Shown here one piece after another: positions 1 through 8,808 of a stretch of DNA of 17,285 nt (position 1 is the first letter of the stretch; each line of letters begins with the position of its first letter). A program made the position numbers and the translations under genes. Below the pieces are notes generated by a model, which saw only the letters and a list, made by a program, of their open reading frames with translations, had not been told where the DNA came from and searched no databases. This DNA is from Candidatus Sumerlaeales bacterium (GTDB lineage Bacteria; Sumerlaeota; Sumerlaeia; Sumerlaeales; Sumerlaeaceae): the NCBI GenBank assembly GCA_038243585.1, contig JBBSQY010000061.1:1-17285 (forward strand), written 5' to 3'.

Positions 1-351
1 GTTAACAAGCATATAGAGGTCAATAAATCGCTCCATGGCGAAGTTCGGGACCAGCAAAGCGAAGAGCAGATTTATTGGGTAAAGTAAAGCGAATTGGTTG
101 TCCTGCCAGATGGGGAATCCGCCAAATATGGCGTTCGTGCGAAATGGGAGGTCGCCCGCGTGGAGTTGCAGAGAGGAGTAAATGCGGTAAGGCGCATAAA
201 ATATCGCAAAGTCGCCTTCACGCACGTTGCCCATTCCGGGCAATATGAGCGGGTAATTAAAAAGGATGGTCAGCAGAGAAATGACAAGGTAGGGCAGGAG
301 CCGCCTAAATAGACTTTCCCTTTGATGGGCAAGGTCTGGCAGGGCAGACAT
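1..351 (-). CDS. YfhO-like / GT-C superfamily membrane protein, N-terminal part (runs off the left edge)
   Basis: Not in the ORF track; translated by hand from ATG at 351: MSALPDLAHQRESLFRRLLPYLVISLLTILFNYPLILPGMGNVREGDFAIFYAPYRIYSSLQLHAGDLPFRTNAIFGGFPIWQDNQFALLYPINLLFALLVPNFAMERFIDLYMLVN, with no stop in 117 codons. One TM helix followed by the pattern GD-x4-Y-x-P ... G-x-LP ... GG-x-P ... Q ... YP-x-NLL typical of YfhO-like N-termini. Confidence 0.75.
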   Translation of the reverse strand, partial: MSALPDLAHQRESLFRRLLPYLVISLLTILFNYPLILPGMGNVREGDFAIFYAPYRIYSSLQLHAGDLPFRTNAIFGGFPIWQDNQFALLYPINLLFALLVPNFAMERFIDLYMLVN

Positions 352-805
352 GCGATTTATTTCGTGATCAGTTTTAGACATGGACATGAGCATGGAAGTG
401 ACGCCGAGAGCCTGTCGATGCAAGGAGAAATTAAAAGGACTAAGGCCGCTGGCCAAGGATGCCTTATCTTCTTAATCTCACAAAAAGAAATAGTTATAAA
501 CGCCATGAGCCGTCCATCCAACGATCATCAGAAACAAAGCGGGAATGGAGGATACCTTTGCGTACTGAGTGCTCATTATATCCCCAATTCGCGGGCAGTC
601 AACATGGCCTTCAACCGACCCAAATCGCCGAGTAAGGTTTGAACAATGCGCGGCCCACTCAAAATCGTTTCTTTAGGACCGGCATTCCTGTGCACGATGT
701 TGTCTTTTTTTGTTGCTCAGGCCGGTTTATGTGAACTGAATACTGCCTCTTGTATGATGAACCGCATTCGAAAAATATTAGCCATCCAAGGCGTGGTTAA
801 AGCCT

Positions 806-1777
806 GTGCTTAAGCTGATACTTCGCCGTGTGCTCCAGGCGATTCCCTTACTGCTGGCAGTGTCCTTTATTACATTTTTCCTCCTGTTCCACAGTCCCGG
901 GGATTACTTGTCGCACCTCCGTCTTGATCCGAAAATCAGCACGGAACTCATCGAAAGAGAGGCTGCGCGCCTTGGGCTTGATCGACCATTTCACGTCGTT
1001 TGGGCCAAATGGTTGTGGGGCATCGTGCGCCATGGGGATTTCGGGCAGTCTTTCACTTACAAGGTTCCAGTAGGCTCGCTCGTTGCAACCCGGCTTTACG
1101 CCACCTTCCTTCTGGCGTTTACTTCCACAATTTTCGCATGGTGCATTGGGGTGCCGTTGGGTATTCTTGCGGCGGTGAAGCATAACGGTTGGACCGACAG
1201 ACTCACGTCGGCAATTGCGTTTATAGGCCTTTCCATTCCCAGCGTGCTGCTTGCGCTGCTTGCGGTTTATTTTGCCGCTATAACGAATTGGTTTCCAACC
1301 ACGGGTATGCGCAGCGACTATGCCTGGCAAATGACGTCGTCGTGGGATCGAACTAAAGATATCCTTTGGCATCTGATTTTGCCGACTATTGTCTTGGGGA
1401 CGGGCGGTTTGGCCATCTATACCCGGCAGATGCGCAGCAACCTGCTGGAAACGCTGAACATGGACTACATGCGAACGGCCCGCGCAAAGGGCGTCAGCTA
1501 TCCCAAAGCGGTAATGAAGCACGCCCTGCGCAACGCCGTTAATCCCCTGATCACGCTATTTGGATTTGCATTCGCCGATTTGCTTTCCGGCGCGGTGTTG
1601 GTGGAAAACGTGATGGTCTGGCCGGGACTGGGCAGGTTGATTATTGAGGCGTATTTTAGTAAAGATATGTTTGTAGTGGCAGCCTCTGTGCTGATGGGAA
1701 CTACGATGTTGATCGTCGGAAATCTTGTGGCAGACGTGCTCCTGGCGCTGGCCGATCCGAGGATCAGGTATGACTGA
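806..1777 (+). CDS. oppB: Peptide/nickel ABC transporter permease (OppB/DppB family)
   Basis: 323 aa; N-terminal ILRRVLQAIPLLL..SFITF, PGD, LGLDRP, GDFGQSF; EAA-type loop RSNLLETLNMDYMRTARAKG; C-terminal NLVADVLLALADPRIRY. GTG start. Substrate cannot be assigned. Confidence 0.93.
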   Translation: MLKLILRRVLQAIPLLLAVSFITFFLLFHSPGDYLSHLRLDPKISTELIEREAARLGLDRPFHVVWAKWLWGIVRHGDFGQSFTYKVPVGSLVATRLYATFLLAFTSTIFAWCIGVPLGILAAVKHNGWTDRLTSAIAFIGLSIPSVLLALLAVYFAAITNWFPTTGMRSDYAWQMTSSWDRTKDILWHLILPTIVLGTGGLAIYTRQMRSNLLETLNMDYMRTARAKGVSYPKAVMKHALRNAVNPLITLFGFAFADLLSGAVLVENVMVWPGLGRLIIEAYFSKDMFVVAASVLMGTTMLIVGNLVADVLLALADPRIRYD

Positions 1778-2939
1778 CGCAGCGAACAAACCGGCAATGG
1801 AATCCCCCGATACTCCCGGCCAGATTGCCGTCAGCGACCGAATTCCAGCCTCGCCGTCGCGCCTGGCGTGGAGGCGCCTTCGGAAGAACCGCACCGCGTT
1901 AATCGGCGGTATTGTCCTGTTGTTGTTATATACCCTAGCGATTTTTGGATCTTTTTTCGCGATCCGCGATCCGTCGAAGCTGGATTATGAAATCGTTAGT
2001 CATCCCCCCACCATGCCCCGCTTCGTAGACGAGACTGGCAGATTCCATTTCAGGCCTTTCGTTTACAAAATGCAAATGACTGACGTAGAACGCCAGGTGT
2101 GGGAGTTTACGACGGAGAAGTATCCGATCCGGTTTTTTGTCCGGGGCGACCCCTACAAGCTCTGGTGGACATTTGATAGCGACATCCATTTAATGGGTGT
2201 GGACGACGGCGGACTCCTGGCACCCGTTGGGACGGATAACATAGGCCGCGACGTATTTTCGCGTACGCTTGAGGGTGGCAAGGTGTCGCTATCCATCGGC
2301 ATTCTGGCGTTGTCGGTCTCCATGATTATCGGCATGGCCCTGGGGGCTATGGCTGGATATTTTGGCGGGATCTGGGATTCCGCGACGATGCGCCTTGTGG
2401 AATTCCTGATGTCTGTGCCCAGCCTTTACATGATCATAGCGCTACGGGCGTATTTCCAGTCAGAAGGGTTCTTCGGCATTGGCGGCGCGTCGATCGGGTC
2501 GGGTCAGATGTACCTGATTATCATCATTATCCTAAGCTTCATCGGCTGGGCGGGGCTGGCCCGGGTAATTCGCGGAATGGTGCTTTCCATCAAGGAACAG
2601 GACTTTGTGATGGCCGAGCGGGCCATGGGAGCCAGTACCTTACGCATTCTGGCGATACACATTCTTCCGAATACCATGAGCTACGTTATCATCAGCGCGA
2701 CCATTGCGATTCCGGGTTATATCCTGGGCGAGGTGGCTCTCAGCTTTCTGGGCGTTGGCATCCAGGAACCGGCGGTAAGCTGGGGCAACATGCTGGACCA
2801 AGCCCGCAGCCTGTCGATACTTCAAAACAATCCCTGGCTGATGCTGGCGCCCGGCGTCGCTATATTTCTGACGGTGATGGCATTTAACTTCCTGGGCGAT
2901 GGTCTTCGCGACGCACTGGATCCGAAACATATCAGATAG
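1770..2939 (+). CDS. oppC: Peptide/nickel ABC transporter permease (OppC/DppC family)
   Basis: AWRRLRKNRTALIG, GTDNIGRDVFSR, EAA loop EQDFVMAERAMGAS, FNFLGDGLRDALDP. Start moved from 1725 to ATG 1770, which overlaps the oppB stop (ATGACTGA). Confidence 0.93.
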   Translation: MTDAANKPAMESPDTPGQIAVSDRIPASPSRLAWRRLRKNRTALIGGIVLLLLYTLAIFGSFFAIRDPSKLDYEIVSHPPTMPRFVDETGRFHFRPFVYKMQMTDVERQVWEFTTEKYPIRFFVRGDPYKLWWTFDSDIHLMGVDDGGLLAPVGTDNIGRDVFSRTLEGGKVSLSIGILALSVSMIIGMALGAMAGYFGGIWDSATMRLVEFLMSVPSLYMIIALRAYFQSEGFFGIGGASIGSGQMYLIIIIILSFIGWAGLARVIRGMVLSIKEQDFVMAERAMGASTLRILAIHILPNTMSYVIISATIAIPGYILGEVALSFLGVGIQEPAVSWGNMLDQARSLSILQNNPWLMLAPGVAIFLTVMAFNFLGDGLRDALDPKHIR

Positions 2940-2977
2940 TACGCACCGGCATTATATAGACAGGTGGCAATGACCCG

Positions 2978-5411
2978 ATGATTTCCCTTCGTTTAATTTC
3001 GCGTTTCATTGTTTTGCTTATTGGAGGGGCTGCTATGGCTCGCGCCGAGCCCGTTAATGTATCCGGCATCTATCCGCACCTGGCGTTTTTCAATGACGAG
3101 GCTGAGTGTGGGACGGGGGCGGTGGTGCCTTGGGCTGATCGGTTGTGGGCTGTGACTTATGCGCCGCATTCGCCCAAGGGATCCAGTGATAAATTGTATG
3201 AAATAACGCCGAGACTTGATCTGATTGTTCGCCCGGAAAGCATTGGGGGGACTCCAGCGAATCGGATGATTCATCGAGAATCGAACCAGCTTTTCATTGG
3301 GCCGTATGCTATCGATGGAGAGCGAAATGTGCGGGCCATTCCCTACGCGAAAATGTTTGGGCGTCCCACGGGGAATGCGCGACATCTGTTTGAGCCTGCC
3401 AAAAAAGTTTATTACTCGACGATGGAAGAAGGGTTGTACGAGGTTGACGTAAACAGCCTGGCGGTGGCGGAACTGTGGCGCGATGAGCAGCAGGCGGATG
3501 GGCGCAAGTCGGATTTACCCGGCTACCATGGCAAAGGCTTGTATTCGGGCCAGGGGGCTTTGGTGTATGCCAACAACGGGGAGCACGGCAAGGAGGCTAT
3601 GCTACGGCCCGATACGGCCAGCGGGGTGCTGGCGCAGTGGGATGGCAAGGCTACTTCGTGGACGGTGGTACGGCGCAATCAGTTTACGGAGGTGACGGGG
3701 CCGGGCGGAATCTATGGCAACGAGGATCCAGCGAATGATCCGTTGTGGACGATTGGCTGGGATCATCGTTCGCTGATCCTGATGTGTCTGGACGATGGCA
3801 AGTGGCACTCGTGGCGGTTGCCCAAGGGGTCTCACTCTTATGATGGAGCCCATGGCTGGAACACCGAATGCCCACGCATCCAGGAGATCGGCGAGGATGA
3901 TCTCCTGATGACCATGCACGGTACGTTCTGGCACTTTCCGAAAACATTTTCTGCGAGTAACTCGGCTGGGATTGCGCCACGATCAAATTACCTGAAGGTG
4001 ATCGGTGACTTTTGCCGCTGGAAGGATCGCGTCGTTTTTGGCTGTGATGATACGGCGAAAAACGAATTCCTAAATAAGCGAAAAGCAAAGGGCAAGATAG
4101 CCGCGCCGCAATCGCAATCGAACCTATGGTTTGTGGAACCGGAGTATCTGGATGAGGTTGGGCCGGCAATTGGGCGCGGGGCTGTGTGGCTTAATGACAA
4201 TCTGAAGGCCGATGAGCCATCAGATGCGTACTTGTTTAATGGATACGCCAGGCGGTGTCTGCACCTGGCGCACGGGGCTGCGGAAACTGTGAATTTTGAG
4301 CTTGGAGGTTGATCAGAAGGGAGACGGAGCCTGGGCGCATCTGGATACGCTTTCTGTGCCAGCTGGGCAGGCGCTTTATCATGAATTTGAAGAGGCCGAG
4401 ACTGGCGTTTGGATTCGGGCGACGGCCTCGCGGGATTGTACCACCGCGAGCCTGGTGTTTTCTTATCGAGCGGAAGATAACCGCACGACGACTGCAGATG
4501 CCATCTTTGACGGGTTGGCGCAACCGGGCGATGGTGATGCACTCGGCGGACTGGTGCGGGCGCTGGCGGGTAACAAACGGACATTGGGCTTTGCAGCCAT
4601 GGGTGTGGACGGTGACGTAGTCGGATATTATGAGCTGAACCAGGAGCTGAAACTGCAGCGGCGAGATGATCCGGCGGCGCAGGCGGACCTGGTTGAGAAT
4701 ACTCAGATCCCACAGAAGGTGTTGGCTGCGGATGAGGCATCTATCCTGTTTGTGGATGATGATGGCCACAGGTGGCGGTTGCCGCCTGGCAATGCGAATT
4801 TTGAGGCGGCGGGCGGCTTTGTCGATTATAGGGTGGCGCGCGAAGTAGCGACGGAGCGGGACCTGTTTAATGCCGGGGGAACCTTTTATGAGTTGCCTGC
4901 GCGCAACGCCGGCGGATTTTCGCGGGTGCGGGCGGTGGCCACGCATAACAGGATGATCCAGGATTTTTGTTCGTACGCGGGGTTGCTGGTCATGAGCGGC
5001 CTGACGCCGGAGGCGCTTGAGACAGGTGTTAACGATTCGCATATTGTGCGTTCTGATGACGGTAAGGCGGCGCTGTGGGTGGGCGCTGTTGATGACATCT
5101 GGAAGCTGGGTAAGCCGCGGGGAACTGGTGGACCATGGAAAGAAAGCGCGGTTAAAGCCGGGGAGGCTTCTGATCCGTTTTTGCTAACGGGATTTGATGA
5201 TAAGCGGCTGACGATGTTGACGGATCGGGCGACAACTATTACAGCGGAAATTGACATTACGGGCGCCGGGGATTGGGTGGAGTACCGGAGCTTTGCCATG
5301 GGGGGTGGGGTGAAACAGGAGTTTCAGTTTCCCAGCGGATTCCAGGCGTATTGGATTCGATTTAAGGCTGGAGCTGACTGTCGGGCGACCGCGATGCTCA
5401 GGTATATGTGA
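2978..5411 (+). pseudogene. Secreted hypothetical protein (~810 aa when joined) split by a 1-nt frameshift at ~4302-4305 into ORFs 2978..4312 and 4296..5411
   Basis: Sec-type signal peptide (MISLRLISRFIVLLIGGAAMARA|EP). Removing one base from CTTGGAGGTTGAT gives ...VNFELEVDQKGDGAW..., which aligns with the second internal repeat ...ITAEIDITGAGDW.... May be a sequencing/assembly error rather than a true pseudogene. Confidence 0.8.
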
Positions 5412-5585
5412 GGCGTGGGTGCATAAGTATCGCTATCTGAAGATGCAGGGTACTTCAGTACACTCAAATGTTATAGGCCTCTGGCGTAAACAATAACTAT
5501 GCGGTAGTAATAACTTCCCGGCCAAATCGGAATCAAATCGGGTAACAGGCGGAACGCCTATTCCACTTTAGGCCGGTATTTTACC

Positions 5586-7058
5586 TCATTTTTTATAAGC
5601 GACCGCATCCAGAAACGCCCGTTGGGCTCGCACCAGGTGCATGATTTCCCCTGACATTCCCAATAGAAATAAAGCGATCACCGTCCACCGGAGAATTCTG
5701 CCGCGCAACGCATCGATCTTAAAACCCCAGGGTATCCGCGCAATCACGGCAAATAAGGCGAACCCGTAGCGCGTTGGGTTAACCAGCTCCAGATACGCCT
5801 CACCGTAACGGGTCATTGCGCAGGCGGCCAAGAGCAGCATCATGGCAACAGCTTTTAAAGACTCCGGGTTCCGCAGTGCTCCGCGAATGCTGGAGCCCCA
5901 TGCCGCGCATAAAAACGGAGCAAAAGGTAAAATGTACTAGCCGAAGACGTCGGCCTGGGCGAAAAACGTGTAGCCGATTACGTAGCCAATGAGTGCAGCA
6001 TAGACAGCACGCTGAGGGCCTCTTGCCGAAGCAATCCCCATAAACGCAAGGAGCCATCCTGATAAGAGCCACGAATTGACGTAATCTTGTTGGATCATTA
6101 ATTGCCGCCGGATCAGGTCAAACAGTCCCCCTAAATCCGCAAACCTCGCTGCCTGTGCCTGCATCGTATCTACGAACTGCAGGAGGCCATAGGTGATCGC
6201 AAAGCTAAATACGATCAATAAGGCAAGAACGGCTCCGGCGCAGGTCCATAGGCAGGGGAACAAGGCCCTTCGCCCGCGGAACAGGGTCGCCGACCAGGCG
6301 AATGCCGCCGGGACCGTAGCCAAGGCGACGATTTTTGCACCGCCGGCTAACCCGACGGCGACAGTAATGATGCCAGCCGCGCGGGAATGCGGCATCCATC
6401 CGCGACGCCACCGTTCCAATACATAAAAAGTGCCTAGGGTCAAAGGAGTGGTCAACGTGTCCGGTACCACCAGACGGTGATGAATGACGAGAACATCAAT
6501 ACACGAAAACATCACCAACGAGACAAGTGCCGCGACAGGTCCGATGGCCAGACGCAGCCAGCCCCACATGAGCCAGAATGACGCCGCAAACAGCAGCACT
6601 GACTGCATTCGCAATCGACCTAGAGGAACATCCCAGAGCGTGGTTACGGATGCCGGGCGCTCCAGGTTTGCGACCATGGCGGTTGCACCGGCCGCCGTTG
6701 CTGACAGCCCCGTGAGCAGGGAAAACACCGGTGGCTGATCAAACGCCGGACGCATTATGGTGTATTCGGCGCTTTTCCATTTGAAGATGCCAAGGATAGG
6801 CGTCTCTGGCTTGTGCAGCATTGTCCAGGCTATTGGAGCTTCGCCTTCTATCATCGACATTCCACTCCAGAGATAAAAGTATTCGTCATTGGTAGCCTGA
6901 GGCGGAGGCACGGTCGCCAGCCACGCCAACCGATGGACCACCGCCAACGCAAATAGCCCCCACAAAAGCCAGCGGCATGATTTGCGGAAAAAAAACAGTT
7001 GGCTGACACGCTGCGTAACTCGCGGTTGCGGGAAATTTTGTTGGGAGAATCTGGTCAT
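5586..7058 (-). pseudogene. GT-C fold (ArnT/PMT-like) membrane glycosyltransferase, 490 codons, interrupted by an in-frame TAG at 5937-5939
   Basis: TM1 followed by NDEYFY acidic motif, later DQPPVF (DHPP-like), many TM helices. The frame continues past the TAG as (ADVFG*)YILPFAPFLCAAWGSSIRGALRNPESLKAVA straight into ORF 5586..5843 (same frame, 93 nt apart). Confidence 0.75.
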
Positions 7059-7221
7059 GGGTACGGGTTCCCCGCTTGGTGTTAATTTACAACGGAATTA
7101 CATGCTCTTACTTATCCCAAAGAGGACTTTTAACTGTTTCTTTAATGGTGCGTACAGGCGGAAGTTAAACTGCACGCAGTTCCCGATGCCGAACACGAAT
7201 AAATAGGAAAATTATCGAATT

Positions 7222-8709
7222 ATGACAAGCTTTGCCGCGACTCACGCCCCGCGTTTCAATTATCCCAAAAATCAATTTCTCTATTGGCTCTTATTGTTTC
7301 CTGTTTTCCTCGCGTTAACGCTCCTGATTCATATTAAGAGTCTTCGAAGCAATCTGATTTTTGATGACGTGGCGGTACCTCTCTATTTTACGAACCCGAA
7401 TTTCGGCTGGGTCGACTGCGTTCTTCCCCTGGGAAACGGCTTTATCAGAGCTATAATGATGCTTCATTTTAAGTTGCTTTACGAAACTGTGAACGTCGCA
7501 CCATTCTGGTACCATCTCAGTGCGGCGGGGCTCCATGCAGCGGTGGCAGCCACGGCGGGGGTTGCATTCTGTATTTTAGTCGGCGTCTCCCGGCCTGTCG
7601 GGGCACTGGTTGGCCTATCAGTAACCTTTGCCTCTGCGGCATTCCCTGTTGTTTTTATGTTAAGTAACGCCGGGGACTCACTCATCGCTCTCGCGGCTCT
7701 TTTGTTAATTTCATGGTGGGCTATGTGGCTGCATACAGGGCAGATTAAGTATCTATGGTTATTGGCATTGTCTGTTCTTGTGGCGTTTGGTGGAAAAGAG
7801 TCAGGAGTCACCATTGGCGGCATCATCGTATTACAAACCTGGATAATGCGTCCGGTTCGCCCAAAGGCTTGGCTCATAACAAGCATTGTTTTTAGTGTTT
7901 GCGTAGTTTACGGCCTTGTGATAACGAAAATACAAGATTCTAATGAAGCTTCGTACGCGAATGCAGGCTGGGTTTCCCATGATCCCATTGAAATCTCGAG
8001 GCGTATAGTTGGATATCTGACTGCTGTCTTTTTCCCTGGCAGTTTCATTATGGATCCCCTGTTCCCATCGACCAAACTTAGCACCGCATTTGTGTTTGCT
8101 TTGCGCTCTCTCTCAGGTTTTTGTCTTTTGGCGTCGGTGTGGGTTGTGGTTCGAAGACGGGCGCGTCCGGTGATTCTGCGCGCGGCCATGTTCTACTGCG
8201 CCGCGGCTGGAATGCTTTTGCCGACGTCTATGCTAAACATGTCTGCCGGGCCATTTTCTCCAACCGGGCGGTTTCTATATTCGGCAATTCCGCTGTCTAT
8301 GCTCGCCCTGGGCTGCCTCGTGGTGGCGTGGTGGCCGGCGCGCCGAGCGATGCAATACCTGATGTTTTCTGTCTGGTTCGTCTGGCTGGTAATGCAAGTT
8401 TGGGTGGTTCGGAAGTCGCCGGGGACTCTAGCTTACTACGAGACGGCGCGAGAATGGAAGAACTTTATTGGGGAAATGGAGCGTCTGTCGCCGGAATGGC
8501 CGCCTATGCAGGCAGTAACCGTGTACACCGGGCCGCCACACGGGAGTCGAACCCTCGACGAAGGCTATGGACTCGCTATATTCCGAGTCTATTTTCCCAC
8601 CCTGCTGGCCAACTATTACAGTAACCGCACAATTCCCGAAACAACCCGGGCTTACGTGTTTGATGGGAAAAAGATGACGCCTGCCCCAATATTACCGCCG
8701 GGGCAGTAG
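7222..8709 (+). CDS. Multi-pass membrane protein, probable GT-C glycosyltransferase (TMTC/PMT-like, no TPR repeats)
   Basis: 495 aa, about 10-11 hydrophobic segments; LIFDD after TM1, WYHL, KE motif (GGKESGV), RFLY motif near the last helices, soluble C-terminal tail. Confidence 0.72.
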   Translation: MTSFAATHAPRFNYPKNQFLYWLLLFPVFLALTLLIHIKSLRSNLIFDDVAVPLYFTNPNFGWVDCVLPLGNGFIRAIMMLHFKLLYETVNVAPFWYHLSAAGLHAAVAATAGVAFCILVGVSRPVGALVGLSVTFASAAFPVVFMLSNAGDSLIALAALLLISWWAMWLHTGQIKYLWLLALSVLVAFGGKESGVTIGGIIVLQTWIMRPVRPKAWLITSIVFSVCVVYGLVITKIQDSNEASYANAGWVSHDPIEISRRIVGYLTAVFFPGSFIMDPLFPSTKLSTAFVFALRSLSGFCLLASVWVVVRRRARPVILRAAMFYCAAAGMLLPTSMLNMSAGPFSPTGRFLYSAIPLSMLALGCLVVAWWPARRAMQYLMFSVWFVWLVMQVWVVRKSPGTLAYYETAREWKNFIGEMERLSPEWPPMQAVTVYTGPPHGSRTLDEGYGLAIFRVYFPTLLANYYSNRTIPETTRAYVFDGKKMTPAPILPPGQ

Positions 8710-8735
8710 CCTTCCTATAATGGGATGCGGGCATT

Positions 8736-8776
8736 AAAAAAACACCCGTCTGGATCTGAGATCCGGACGGGTGTTT
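8736..8776 (-). terminator. Intrinsic terminator of the atp operon, possibly bidirectional
   Basis: Minus strand AAACACCCGTCCGGATC-TCA-GATCCAGACGGGTGTTTTTTT: long near-perfect stem plus T7, ~30 nt after the atpA stop and between convergent genes. Confidence 0.9.
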
Positions 8777-8808
8777 CAATTGAATCTGGGTTTAAGCGTT
8801 TAACGGAG

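Noticed and set aside
94..312. 72-aa plus-strand ORF
   Set aside because: Antisense shadow of the YfhO-like gene on the minus strand.
322..813. Plus-strand ORF 322..642 and a same-frame 55-aa ORF 646..813 overlapping the oppB start
   Set aside because: No recognisable motifs; lies in an AT-richer divergent promoter region; the first overlaps the minus-strand gene start. The small ORF has only a weak AAGG RBS, so it cannot be supported without ribosome profiling.
4296..4312. Programmed +1 ribosomal frameshift
   Set aside because: No prfB-like CTT-TGA with upstream SD, no slippery heptamer and no long homopolymer at the junction.
3988..5042. Long minus-strand ORFs (250 and 268 aa), and similar antisense ORFs over oppB, atpA and trxB
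   Set aside because: Shadow frames of well-supported genes, with no recognisable domains.
5937..5939. Genome-wide TAG reassignment (alternative genetic code)
   Set aside because: TAG terminates oppC (2937-2939) at its family-typical end, and also the 7222..8709 and atpI genes; no other in-frame TAG is seen in conserved genes.
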